Below, piece after piece: positions 51,536 to 64,000 of a DNA stretch of 64,000 nucleotides. The translations under genes and the position numbers were made by a program. The notes under the pieces are model-generated. The model was not told the origin of the DNA. It did not search any database and saw only the letters and a program-made list of their open reading frames with translations. How positions within the stretch are numbered: position 1 is the stretch's first letter; every line of letters begins with the position of its first letter. The DNA is taken from positions 249,178,001 through 249,242,000 of the forward strand of contig NC_091977.1 in NCBI RefSeq assembly GCF_044704955.1. The letters are read 5' to 3'. This stretch comes from Pristiophorus japonicus. Its lineage: Eukaryota.

Positions 51536-51984
51536 ATAGATATTGAGGACTGATTTTGGAGGGAATAATGAATATATAGAATAATAGCATAGACAATAAA
51601 ACATACCTAGCAGTGACATTACAGATAATAAATAAGCATGACTGTTTCCAAGTTAATAATCAAATCAACTCTTTCAAATGACATCTGAACTACATGAGAT
51701 TAACTGTCTTTTGAACCCTAAGAATAGATCCTGGCCTTGATATTGTTTCTTGCTGTTAGTTCATGCTTGAACTATAAATTGTTTTATTATTTATGGAATT
51801 TTTATTCAGTTGTAATAATTTTTGCACTACCATCTGGCAGCATGATTAGTATCTTTTATACATGATGTTTGCCGCAAGGAAGTTGAGCATTATAACGACA
51901 TTTGTGCAAATTTATTAAGAAACAAAAATACATACAAGATAAATTTTAAGCATAATATATAGTTGCCTATATTATTAATAATTA

Positions 51985-54955
51985 TTCCAATATAGACTGG
52001 GAAGTAACAATGTAAAGGGCAAAGAGGGGGATGAATTCCTGAAATGTGTACAAGAGAACTTTCTAGATCAGTGTGTTTCTTGCCAACAAGGAAGGAGGCA
52101 GTGCCGGATCTAGTTCTGGAGAATGAAGTGGGGCAAGTGGAGCATGTTTTAGTGGGGGAGCATTTGGGAAACAGTGATCATATCATCAGATTTAGAATAG
52201 TTATGGAAAAGGACAAGGTACAATTAAGTGTAAAAATACTTAGCTGGAGGTGGGCTAACTACAGTGAGTTGAAAAGTGATCTGGCCCAGGTGGATTGTGG
52301 AATCAAAAATTGGTATACAAAACAGTAATTGCCCTTCAAAGAGGAAATGGTTTAGGTACAGAGTAGACACATTACTATTTGAGGGAAAAGAAGGACATCC
52401 AAAGCTAAAGTTCCCTGAATGACTGAAGATATAGAGGTTAAAATGAGACAGCAAAAGGCGGCCTATGACAATTGTAAGGTTCATAATACAGCAGAGAACC
52501 AAGCTGTATATAGAAAGTACAGCGGAAATGTAAAAAAGGGAATAAGAGGGGCAAAGAGAGAGTATGAGCAAAGATTAGCAGCTTACATTAAAGGGAACCC
52601 AGTTTTTTTTATTAAAAAAACATAAATAACAAGAGTGTAGTCAAAGGAAGGGTGGGGCCAATTAGGGACCAAAAAGTAGTTCATTTGTGGAGGCAGAGGG
52701 GTGCGGTGGGGAAACTTTTAGAGACAATAATCTTGGACAAAATCAAATTATATTTGGAATACTATGTTAATAAATGAAAGTCAACATGGATTTGTAAAAG
52801 CCAAATTGTGTTTGAACAACTTGATCAAGTTCTTTAATTAAATAACAGAGAGGGTTGATGAGGGCAGTGCAGTTCAAGTTGTGGATGTGGACTTTCAAAA
52901 GGCATTTGGTAAAGTACCATAAAATAGCCTTGTTAGAAAAATTAAAGCCTATGGGATTAGATGGATACAAAATTGGCTAAGGGACAGAAAGCAGAGAGTA
53001 GTGGTGAATGGTTGTTTTCAGACTGGAGGGAGATGTACAGTGGTGTTCCTCAGGTATGGTATTAGGACCACTGCTCCTTTTGATATATAATAATGACCTG
53101 GACTTGGGTATATAAGGCATAATTTCAAAGTTTGCAGATGATACAAAACTAGGAAATGTAGTAAAAAAAAAAAATGAGAAGGATGGTAACAGACTTCAGG
53201 ACGACAGAAGACTCGTGAAATGGACAGATTAATGGCAGATGAAATTTAACGCAGAAAAGTGTGGCGTGATACATTTTGGTGGGAAGGATGAGGAGAGGCA
53301 ATGTAAACTAAATGGTACAATTTTAAAGGGGTGCAAGAACAGAAAGAGCTGCGGGTGCATATACAACACAAGTCTTTGGAGGTGGCAGGACAAATTGAAA
53401 AGGCTATTAAAATAGCATATAGGATCCTTGGCTTTATTAATGATGGAATTAAGTACAAAAGCAAGGAAGTTATGCTAAACCTTTATAAAACATTGGTTAT
53501 GCCTCAGCTGGAGTATTGTGCCCAATTCTGGGCACCACGCTTTAAGAAGGATGTACAGAAGAGATTTACTCTAAGGGGCCAGGGATGAGGGACTTCAGTT
53601 ATGTGGAGAAACTGGAAAAGTTGGGGTTATTCTCCTTGGAGCAGAGAAAGTTAAGAGGAGATTTGATACAGGTGTTCAAAATCATGAATGGTTATGATAG
53701 AATAACTAAGGAGAAACTGTTTGCAGTGGCAGAAGAGTCGGCAACCAGAGAACACAGAACCAGAGGCGATATGAGGAAACAGTTTTTTTCAACAGCAAGT
53801 TGTTGTACTCTGAAATGCAATGCCTGAAAGGGTGGTGGAAGCAGATTCAATACAAGTTGAACCTCTCCAGTCCGGCACCCTCGGGACCTGACCAGTGCCG
53901 GACCAGAGAATTTTCTGGACCACGGGAGGCCACGCCGACCCCAGACTTGCTGGATACTGCTGACCTGGGACTGGCTGCTCCTCATCTCCCCGCCATCTCC
54001 GATGCTCTGAAACCGCTGCAGACGCGGCTAAAGCAATCATCGGGCCGATCTAAATTATATTAAAATAATCCAGTAATGAGGGATTTTACTGTTTGCTGCT
54101 TCAATATATTTGAATTGACGCCTGCTGTCAGGAGCCAGTTATTATTAACAAAGAGACAACAAATACCACAACTAATCGCCATAGAATGCATTCATTTTCT
54201 CCTCATCTCTGAGACAATTATATCTCAACAGTTTTGCGGTGATATCCCAGTCAATTAATCATGATCCCTCAGAGCATCAGCAGAAAGGATTTGTTTCCAA
54301 AAGATCAGCATTAAAATTAGTCAAATTCTAACTTTTTCACTAGATCAAATGAAATGTCCCCGTTTGACTCCAGCCATTTCACTTAAAGCTGAAGTTATTT
54401 AACATTCAACAGACTAAAACAAATTAAGGTTGGTCACCACATCATTGCATTTCTGAAACTAATTTGAAATTGGCAAGTCCGTCGATGGGAAGGAGAAATT
54501 ATAGGATGTGCCCTAAACTTAATGAGGCAAAGTCGCACTGTTGCTGTCAGAGTCTGACCTCTGAGTAAAGTAAAGAGGGGGGTGGGGGAGGAGGGGAAGT
54601 GGCCAGTCCCAGGAGACAGTGCGCCGACTTGGCCTCGGAAGAAGCACCGGAGGTTTCGGGGAGAGGAGAGGAGCAGCTAGCCCCAGGACACAAAGCAGGT
54701 TGTGACCCCCCCCTCAACCCCCGTTGGGAATAATGCCAGACCAGGGAGGTTGCCGGACCAAAGAGTCCTGGACTAGAGAGGTTTAACCTTATTAACATTC
54801 AAAACGGAATTGGATAATACTGGAAGGGAAAATATTTACAGAACTATGGGAAAGAGCAGGTGAGTGGGATTAATTGGATAGCTCTAACAAAGAGCCGGCA
54901 CAATCATGATGGGCTGAATGGCATCCTTCTGTGCTGTATCATTCTCCGATTCTGT
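51985..54955 (+). mobile_element. Degenerate, internally deleted CR1 LINE
   Basis: EN (HLGNSDH) through RT and tail fragments; interrupted at 53853. Confidence 0.8.
53853..54790. mobile_element. pogo/Tigger-like MITE nested in CR1
   Basis: TA-CAAGTTGAACCTCTCCAGTCC / GGACTAGAGAGGTTTAACCT-TA; TIR similar to 15811-16469. Confidence 0.75.
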
Positions 54956-55019
54956 GATAATTAACTTATGATTCCAGTAAGATGTAATTCACAAAAGTAA
55001 ATGAGAGCTGTCTTTTTAC

Positions 55020-55093
55020 CTTCAAGAAATCTCCAAAAATAATTGGTTTGCTGAGAAAATAACTTGGCTCCAGCTGGACTGTAAAGTGTTTGT
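55020..55093 (-). CDS. DNAH6: Dynein heavy chain exon (N/KHFTVQLEPSYFLSKPIIFGDFLK)
   Basis: tttaaag acceptor, gtaaaa donor; 74 bp; PIIFGDF motif; frame not shown in the ORF track but joins both neighbours in frame. Confidence 0.85.
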
Positions 55094-55232
55094 CTTTAAA
55101 AGAAAGGAAAAATAATTAAAAAGATGAAAATACAAATAAATGATTTCCTGTATCATTGGTAAAATAACTTCATAAAGTCCCGTTCTTTCAAAGTAAATGA
55201 ATTGGAACCACATTTCATCATATCAGGAACTA

Positions 55233-58200
55233 GGAGCTGGATTTTCCTGTTAGTGCCTTGGAGGGGCAGCAATGACAGCGGTAAGCATTTCCCGGCAGGC
55301 GGCCAGATTCCAGCTCCCTGCCGGGACTTTCGGTGCCGGTTTCGACTGGGTGCAGAGCACTACCACCTGGAAGAGGCGAGCCTCTGGTTGAGACACGGGC
55401 TTGATTTTGGGCTGCCGCCTGATCCATAGCGCTCCATAGAGCACTGTGCTGGGACCGACTGAAAGCGCGAGTTAATTATTGGAAATGTTTTTGTTGGTTT
55501 TGTGATGTATTTGCAGCCATACTCTGTACCATGCATTGTACAATGTAATTACATGTAATAGCCAACAGATGGGGAAAGCCCAGGAGGCAAACATTACTGC
55601 ACCTCGTGCCGCCTCCCTATATAAAGCAGGCTCCCCCTGCAGTGCTCACTTTTGGAGTTTACATCAAACCTGAAGGTCACAAGGTGATCAGCTCCAGCAT
55701 GGGCCACGTCTCATTTATTATAGTGATAAGCATATGTATCAACTGGCGACAAGGATGGGATACTAACATGCAGCTATGGCCACCGTTGACTACATCGAGC
55801 GATATTGCGTCGGGGAACACTGGGATGACTTAATTGACCGGCTGGATCAATGCTTTGTCGCGAAAGACTTAGGAGCCGCGAATGCCAGCAAACGCAGAGC
55901 CGTCCTCCTCACGGTCTGCGGATCACGGACATACACACTGATCAAGGACCTACTGGCCCCGACGAAACCCGCTGAGAAAAGTTACGAAAAACTGTGCGAG
56001 CTAGTTCGAAATCACCTAAAGCCGAAACGTAGTGTGCTCATGGCGAGGTACTGTTTCTACACCCACCGGCGCGGAGTAGACCAAGATGTGGCAGCATTCA
56101 TCGCTGAGCTAAGGCGTCTTGCTGGGCCATGCAAATTCGGGACAGTTCTTGAAGAAATGTTAAGAGACGACTTTGTTTTGGGAATCGGGCACGAAGGGAT
56201 TTTCCGCAAATTGCTAGCGGAGGAAGACTTGGACCCAGCCAAAGCCACTTAATTGCTCAGGCATGCATGGCCAGAGAGGAAGAAACAAAGCTACTCTACT
56301 CTCAACTTCGGAATCACCTGGGGCCAAACGTAGTGAATAAGCTAAATTCGTCAGCAGACAGGAGAAGTGCCCCCAGCTGGGCTAATGCGACCTCTGCTTG
56401 ACCTGAGATGATTCACTCACCACAACAATGGACTAATGCGAAGAGATCAGTACCTGTGAATGCAAGTCCATCAGCAAGCTGTTGGCACTGTGAAGGGGCT
56501 CATCGTGCAAACCAGTGCAGGTTCAAACAATATGTCTGCAAGAATTGCTCAATGATGGGGCAGCTCCAACGAATGTGTAAATGTGCTACAACTCGATACG
56601 TAGTGGAGCATGGGAGGTCAAGTGTAGATCCTGAGGATCGCGCAGAGGTGACCGAGGAGGAAGAGGTACATGGGGTGCACGTGCATGAAGTGCACACCTT
56701 TACCAACAAGAGTCCCCCGATTATGATGAACGTTAAACTGAACAGCATACCGGCACCGATGGAACTGGACACGGGTGCGAGCCAATCGATCATGGGCCAG
56801 AAGGCCTTCGAAAAGTTATGGGCAAACAAGGCACACAGGCCCAAGCTGTGCCCGATCGACGCGAAGCTGCGCACCTACACTAAAGAGATTATCCCGGTCC
56901 TCGGAAGTGCAATGGTTCAGGTGCTGTATGATGGTTCTGTGCATAAACTGCCACTATGGATTGTTCCCGTTAACGGGCCCACGCTGCTTCACAGAAGCTG
57001 GCTACGGAACTCTAACTGGAAATGGGGCGATGTAAAAGCATTATCGTCGGTGGAGAAAGCCACGTATGCGGAGGTCTTCGACAAGTTTCCGTCACTGTTC
57101 CAGCCTGGCATCAGCAGCTTCACAGGGGCCAAGGTGACAATTCACCTCAGCCCAGATGCGAGACCCATTCACCACAAGGCCAGAGCGGTCCCTTACATGA
57201 TGTGAGAGAAAGTAGAAGTTGAGCTAGATCGGCTTCAGCACGAAGACCAGTACCCGCTACCCAAGGCGGAGGATTTGTTCGCGACCCTGTCGGGTGGAAA
57301 GCTGTTTTTGAAACTGGACCTCACCTCGGCGTACATGACCCAAGAGCTGGCGGAATCGTCCAAGAAGCTGACATACATAAACACACACAAGGGGATGTTC
57401 GCATACAACCGGTGCCCCTTTGGGATCCGTTCAGCGGCTGCGATCTTCCAACGAAACATGGAGAGCCTGCTGAAATCTGTCCCGGAAACAGTCGTCTTCC
57501 AAGACAACATCTTGATCACCGGACACGACACCGATGAACACCTCCATCATGTGGAAGAGGTGCTACACCGACTAAATCGAATAGGTCTAAGGTTGAAACA
57601 AACCAAATGCGTCTTCTTGGCACCAGAGGTGGAATTCCTGGGAAGGAGAATCGCAGCAAATGGCATTAGACCCTCAGACTTCAAGACGGAGGCGATCCAG
57701 AAGGCCCCGAGACCACGCAACACGATGGAGCTGAGCTCGTTCCTAGGACTACTGGACTACTTTGGTAACTTTCTGCCTGGGCTGAGCACTTTGCTTGAAC
57801 CATTACTGTTCCGTTAGGGTGATGACTGGGTCTGGGGTAAAAACCAAGGAACTGCCTTCGAGAAGGCCAGAAACTTATTGTGCTCAAACAAACTACTGGT
57901 GCTGTGATATCCCTGTTGGCACCTTGCCTTGGCGTGCGATGCGTCATCCTACGGGATCGGGTGTGTGCTTCAGCAAGCGAATGTGTTGGGTAAGCTCCAA
58001 CCTGTAGCGTATGCATCCCGCAGCCTTTCCAAGGCCGAAAGGGGGTACAGCATGGTCAAAAAGGAGGCCCTAGCTTGTGTATACACGGTAAAAAAGATGC
58101 ACCAGTATCTATTTGGCCAGCGGTTCGAACTAGAAACCGACCACAAGCCGCTCACGTTGTTATTCTCTGAGAGCAAAGGCATTAATACTAATGCCTCAGC

Positions 58201-60071
58201 TCGAATTCAGAGGTGGACATTAACGCTGTCGGCTTACGACTACACGATCTGCCACAGACCAGGCACGATAACTGCGCAGATGCGCTCTGTCGGCTCCCGC
58301 TCGCTACCACCGAGGGTGAAGCAGAGCAACCCGCGGAACTAGTCATGGCCATGGAAACCTTCGAGGGCAAAGGGTCACCCGTCATGGCGCATCAGATAAG
58401 AATCTGGACCAGCCAAGACCCACTGCTGCCCTAGGTGAAAAACTATATATTAAGTGGAAACTGGGCAACAACGTCAAGAGAGATGCATGGCGATTTTAAG
58501 CCATTTCACTGGCGCAAGGACGAGCTGTCCGTCCAGGCCGACTGCATTTTGTAGTGAAATTGCGTAGTCCTGCCCAAGAAGGGCAGAGATTTATTTGTCA
58601 AGGATCTCCATAGCACACACCCTGGCATCGTAATGATGAAAGCTATTGCGAAATCGCACTTGTGGTGGCCCGGCATCGACGCAGACTTATAGAGTCGTGC
58701 GTACGCCAGTGCAACACGTGCGCGCAAATCAGCAACACACCCAAGGAAGCCCCTCTGAGCCTCTGGTCCTGGCTCTCCAAACCCTCGTCCCATATCCACG
58801 TAGACTACGCAGGTCCCTTTCTAGGAAAAATGTTCCGAGTTGTAATTGATGCTTATTCGAAATGGATCGTGTTGTAACGGCATAAAGCATGTCAGGTCGG
58901 CCCCGTTCAAACCAGCCTCCAAAGGCCAAGCTGAAGGGGCAGTACAGATCATAAAGCAGGGCATGCAGCGAGTGACAGAAGTCCCATTGCAGACCCGTCT
59001 GTCTCGCGTGCTGCTTGCATATCGGGCGAGGCCCCACTCACTCACAGGGGTTCCGCCCACCGAACTCCTCATGAAGAGGACCCTCAAAACAAGGTTGTCC
59101 CTCGTGCACCCGGTTTTAAGTGAGATTATCAAAAACCGGCGTCTTAAGCAATGTACATATCATGACCGCAACTCTGTAACACGTTGTATCAATGTCTATG
59201 ACCCTACTTTCGTGTTGAACTTTGGTACGGGCCCCAAGTGGCTTGCAGGCCAAAGAGGAGAGTAGGGTACTCGTGGTATGACTCACTAATGGCCAAACCT
59301 GCAAGAAGCACATCGATCAAACCAAATTGAGGTTCACCGATGATCCAGAACCGCTGGATGACTGCAGTGACATCGACTTCCAACCACAAGCAACAGAACC
59401 GGCAGTTCACCAAGAGACAGAACCCATCGCACCGGACAGTCCGACCAGAGCCGCAGCACCACAAGGCAGCGACATTCCGGTCAGGCCGCCCACACCCAAC
59501 TCAGACACTCAATCAGAGGGCGCAGATCCCCGGTCAGGCTTGACCTGTAAACCACATCTGAGACTTGGGGGGGAAGTGTTGTTATGTATTTGCAGCCATA
59601 CTCTGTACCATGCATTGTCCCATGTAATTACATGTAATAGCCAACAGATGGGGAAAGCCCGGGAGGCACACATTACTGCACCTCGTGCTGCCTTCCTGTA
59701 TAAAGCAGGCTCCCCCTGCAGTGCTCACTTTTGGAATTTACATTAAACCTAAAGGTCACAAGGTGATCAGCTCCAGCATGGGCCACGTGTGATTTATTAT
59801 AGTGATGAGCATATATTTCAGATTTTATTTCTTTTCTGCTCAGGCCTCTCTTAGTGTGCTCCGAGGCCTGCATTTTTGCTCGGGATTTTCAGTTGCTGAG
59901 CCAGCCTTGCACCCTAAGAGAGGTGTGCAACACCTTCCTTAGCGCTCCGCCTCACACTCAGGGCACAGCTGATGAATTTTGCTGACTGATGCGCAAATTG
60001 TTCCCACGCGCAAACTTTATCGCCCCGCCGCCATTACCACCCCGAAATGAGCAGAACCAAAAATCCAGTCC
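55233..60071. mobile_element. Harbinger-type MITE split by the Gypsy insertion
   Basis: GGAGCTGGATTTT / AAAATCCAGTCC termini flanking the provirus. Confidence 0.55.
55501..59820 (+). mobile_element. Gypsy LTR retrotransposon, decayed (LTRs 55501-55741 and 59580-59820)
   Basis: TG...CA LTR pair; TSD GGTTT/GATTT; PBS TGGCGAC; PPT; gag at 55776, LDTGA, RT, RNase H, integrase; internal deletions near 57245 and 58870. Confidence 0.93.
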
Positions 60072-60582
60072 TGAGGTGGAGTGACACTGCTTGCGGTGAC
60101 GGCCTCGGTGATCTGGTTCCACATGCTGTTTTCGGGAGAGCCTCCTGGCCCCCTGTGGGTAGAGGACCTCTCTTGCAGTGTTGACCACCCCAGCGCAAAG
60201 CTGAAGTGCTGTCCGTCAGACCCTGGGTGCCTCTTCTCTGGCTTCCTGAGCCATTTAGTGTTGAAGCACTTTTCCCATTTTTTGAGGTTTAGAAGGAAAT
60301 TCAGCTTTAAGTGCCACAGAATCCCATTTGATAATTTTTTTTTGAAAGGCAGCAAGGGCTGAAACTGTATTATAATTTAGATTAGTTCCGAATGCATTGC
60401 CCCTTTAATTCATAGTCCTTTTAATTGCCCACAATTCCTTGCGAACTCCACAGCCTTGGTCCTCGAGACTGTTAGAAGCTGCAACGCTCCTGGACAGGAA
60501 CTTCGGGTCAGATGCCTTCACTAAATCCACCAGGAAGGTGTTACATGGTAAGTCATTGCTGCGCTACAAATTTCCAGCCCCC
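60072..60582 (-). pseudogene. Harbinger Myb/SANT-like ORF 5' fragment with element terminus
   Basis: AREVLYPQGARR and WNQITEAVTASS fragments; AAATTTCCAGCCCC end. Confidence 0.5.
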
Positions 60583-60799
60583 GTGACAATCTTTGCCCGG
60601 TAGCACTGCGGCCATTTTCAGCAACCATAAACCTGAGGCCTTGGTGACATCAGCAGGTTTCTGTCAATGTCGAGTTTCTAGGCCTAGATGTCAATGTTAA
60701 GCTCTAATCAAGCTTTCCGAAATGTGCTAGGAAAAGAGCTACAAGATTTGTCTTTGACTAATATAAATTATCTATTAGGAGTTTGAATATAATATTTCC

Positions 60800-60966
60800 A
60801 CAAGAGCAAAATACTGCGGATACTGGAAATCTGAATTTAAAATCAGAAAATTCTGGAAATACTCAGCAGGACAGGCAGCATCTGTGGAGAGAGAAATAGA
60901 GTTAACGTTTCAGGTCGATGACCTTTCATCACAACTTCACGAAAGGTCACCGACCTGAAATGTTAA
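60800..60966 (-). mobile_element. Penelope-like element terminal remnant with inverted duplication
   Basis: About 30-bp inverted repeat at 60902-60966; minus strand GATGAAAGGTCATCGACCTGAAACGTTAACTC...CACAGATGCTGCC recalled as a PLE end. Confidence 0.65.
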
Positions 60967-61037
60967 AACTTTAGGACTGCCATGTAACATATAATCTGTG
61001 AGCATTTTGAAGCATTGGCTATATTAGAATTCCTTAC

Positions 61038-61184
61038 TGGCCATTTCACACAACATGTTATTGAAGTAAAGTTTGTCTTCACTGTTGATTAGACGATCAT
61101 GGAAGACGCGTTGACATTCATGGCAAAAAAGCCTAAAGATTTGATCATCAGTTCTTACAGTACTAGGATTACACTGAAGAATTC
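61038..61184 (-). CDS. DNAH6: Axonemal dynein heavy chain exon (GILQC...CEMA), first exon in window
   Basis: tttcag acceptor and gtaagg donor; 147 bp; IFRLFCHECQRVFHDRLI dynein motif; phase matches the next exon. Confidence 0.9.
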
Positions 61185-61286
61185 CTGAAAGGGAAAAAAA
61201 ACACATTTAAAAGAAAGAAAAAAATCAAATGCCAGAAATCTGCAATCAGAGTTTGAAAGAGAAAGATAGGCTAGTGTGTCATCTAT

Positions 61287-61554
61287 TGTAATGTATGCAC
61301 CTGTGAGTATGCTCACTAGCTTTGTAGAGTTGTTGAGTTAAGGAGTGGCTTAGCCAGTCACATGATGTTCACAAGACTCAGTAAAACCCCAACCAGTTGG
61401 GTCTGGGGGACCCACGGTGGTTGTGAGCTTGGTGGATGAACTGGTAATGTGTAGTGTGATTGTTAAACCTTTTGCTAATAAACCAATTAGTTCCTAATAG
61501 CAATATGTTGCTATGAATTCTTAAGCAAAGAATCCATGCAGCAAATACATTATA
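61287..61554 (+). mobile_element. Solo LTR
   Basis: Inverted termini TGTAATGTAT / ATACATTATA; near-TSD TCTAT/TCTGT; internal AATAAA. Confidence 0.7.
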
Positions 61555-61581
61555 TCTGTGGCCTTGAATCGTAGATGTAAT

Positions 61582-63588
61582 GGGCCCAAGTTTCCACAAG
61601 AAAAACAACGGGCGCCCCTCCGAGCTGGGCGCCCGTTTTTCGCACCTAAAAAAATCCTCGGTAGTCTCCACCGACTTACAGGTCCTGTGGCACTCGGCGC
61701 AGCCGGCACGAGTTGTGGGGGGGGGCGGAGCCAGGTCCCTGCGCTGAAAACAGTGCCGGGACCTCTGCACATGCACGCTACAGTCGGCATGCAAGTGCAG
61801 TAGCTCCAGGCGCCGAACTGTGTGGGAGGGGCCCGAAGCACGCAGCCCCTAACCCTGGCCCAATGGCCTCACTGGGGCTGCGTGAATGAGGCTCCTCTCA
61901 CGGCCAGCTCCTGCTCTCCGCCCAACCAGACCCGACACTCGCTCCGCCCCCCGCCGACCAGACCCGACCCGACACCCGCTCCCCCCCGCCCCGACCCGAC
62001 ACCCGCTCTCTCCCCCCGCCCCGACCCGACACCCGAGACCCGCTCCCCCCCGCCCCGACAGAGACCCGACACCCGCTCTCTCCCCCCGCCCCGACCCGAC
62101 ACCCGAGACCCGCTCCCCCCCGCCCCGACAGAGACCCGAGACCCGCTCTTCCCCCCCCCCCCGACCCGACACCCGAGACCCGCTCCCCCCCGCCCCGACA
62201 GAGACCCGACACCCGCTCTCTCCCCCCGCCCCGACCCGACACCCGAGACCCGCTCCCCCCCGCCCCGACAGAGACCCGAGACCCGCTCTTCCCCCCCCCC
62301 CCCGACCCGACACCCGAGACCCGCTCCCCCCCCGCCCCGACAGAGACCCGACACCCGCTCTCCCCCCCCGCCCCGACCTGACACCCGAGACCCGCTCCCC
62401 CCCGCCCGACAGAGACCCGAGACCCGCTCCCCCCCCCGCCCCGACCCGACACCCGAGACCCGCTCCCCCCCCGCCCCGACAGAGACCCGACACCCGCTCT
62501 TCCCCCCCCCCCCCCGACCCGACACCCGAGACCCGCTCCCCCCCGCCCGACAGAGACCCGAGACCCGCTCCCCCCACGCCCCGACAGAGACCCGACACCC
62601 GCTCTTCCCCCCCCCCCCGACCCGACACCCGAGACCCGCTCCCCCCCGCCCGACAGAGACCCGAGACCCGCTCTTCCCCCCCCCCCCCGACCCGACACCC
62701 GAGACCCGCTCCCCCCCCGCCCCGACAGAGACCCGACACCCGCTCTCCCCCCCCGCCCCGACCTGACACCCGAGACCCGCTCCCCCCCGCCCGACAGAGA
62801 CCCGAGACCCGCTCCCCCCCCGCCCCGACAGAGACCCGACACCCGCTCTTCCCCCCCCCCGCCCCGACCCGACACCCGAGACCCGCTCCCCCCCGCCCGA
62901 CAGAGACCCGAGACCCGCTCTCCCCCCCCCGCCCCGACCCGAGTCCCGCTCCCCGACCCGAGGCCCGCTCCCCCCCCCCCGACCCGACACCCGCTCCCCC
63001 CCCCCCTCTCTCCCCCCCCCCTCTCTCCCCCCCCCCCCCACCCCCTCTCTCCCTCCCTCTCTCGCTCCCTCTCTCGCTCCCTCTCTCGCTCAGCGGCACG
63101 AACAGCTGCAGAATTCTCCCTGGCTGAAACACTTTCGCACAGGTAGGAAGATGGTTTATTTAGTCTTTTCTTGGCTTATAAATGTTTATTCAGGTTGGAT
63201 TTATTTGTATAATATTTGTAGAAGTATAAATAAGGATTTATTGTCAAATTTAATGAGTTCCCTTCCCCCCCACCTCGTTCTGGGCGCCTAATTTGTAACT
63301 TGCGCCTGATTTTTTAATGTGTAGAACAGGTTTTTTCAGTTCTACAAAAATCTTCACTGGCGCAATTCTACTTTAGTTTGGAGTACGTTTTCACTGTGGA
63401 AACTTTCAAATCAGGCGTCAGTGGCCGGACACGCCCCCTTTTGAAGAAAAAATTCTGTTAAACTAAAACTGTTCTACCTGACTAGAACTGCAGAAAAAAA
63501 AATGTGGAGAATTGCGATTTCTAAAATAGTCCGTTCTCCACCAGTTGCTCCTAAAAATCAGGCGCGAATCATGTGGAAACTTGGGCCC
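61582..63588 (+). mobile_element. Harbinger-type MITE, family A, with expanded VNTR
   Basis: TIR GGGCCCAAGTTTCCAC / GTGGAAACTTGGGCCC; arms closely match 45291-46474. Confidence 0.88.
61930..63000. repeat. C-rich compound minisatellite
   Basis: Interleaved units CCCGACCCGACACCCGAGACCCGCTC(C)n and GCCCCGACAGAGACCCGA(C/G)ACCCGCTC. Confidence 0.95.
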
Positions 63589-63624
63589 ATTATGTTGGAC
63601 GTAGTTTGGGTGTTTGATTATTAC

Positions 63625-63635
63625 ATATATATATA

Positions 63636-63680
<45 letters not shown>

Positions 63681-63687
63681 CTATATA
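63625..63687. repeat. (TA)n(CA)n microsatellite
   Basis: Directly visible. Confidence 0.95.
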
Positions 63688-63847
63688 CAAAAATATAATT
63701 AGAATGATAGCATCTTAATCTTTTGATGGGAGAATGTTTCTTTCAGTTCTTCAAAGACACAGTAAATGCCTGGGGCCTCCTCTGACCGCAGCTAGAATTT
63801 CCACATCTCCTCCATTGTTAAAACTGTCTATAAGAAGCTTCCTTTTT

Positions 63848-64000
63848 CATAAGAACATAAGAAATAGGAGTAGGAGTCGGTCATTTGGTCCTTCGAGCTT
63901 GCTCCGCCATTCAGTAAGATCATGGCTGATCTTCTACCTCAACTGTACCTTCCCGTACTAACCCCATATCCCTTGGTTACCTTAGTATCTAAAATTCTAG
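63848..64000 (-). mobile_element. CR1 3' tail
   Basis: CATAAGAACATAAGAAATAGGAG, the reverse complement of a CR1 end. Confidence 0.8.

Noticed and set aside
61822-63132. Five overlapping 314-427 aa Pro/Arg/Gly-rich ORFs
   Set aside because: Artefacts of a stop-poor GC minisatellite inside a MITE; open in several frames on both strands

Overview
Eukaryotic, intron-rich vertebrate DNA. The repeat complement (CR1/HER1-type LINEs with (TTTCTATG)n tails, tRNA-derived SINEs, Harbinger elements) suggests a cartilaginous fish; this is inference. The window holds nine in-frame exons (1549 bp) of an axonemal dynein heavy chain, most like DNAH6, on the minus strand, covering the AAA3/AAA4 region into the stalk. 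Introns of about 4-13 kb are packed with nested transposons: three decayed Gypsy proviruses, two solo LTRs, many CR1 fragments, Harbinger remnants and MITEs, pogo/Tigger-like MITEs, SINEs and a Penelope-like end. The standout is a composite non-autonomous retroelement present twice (7903-8910 +, 41679-42609 -). It consists of a 5' VNTR, a MITE-like segment and an internally deleted CR1 whose sense strand is massively A->G mutated in an ADAR-like context while the 3' tail is spared. It looks like A-to-I hyper-edited RNA written back into the genome and amplified as a family. Repeat boundaries were read by eye and may be off by a few bases.
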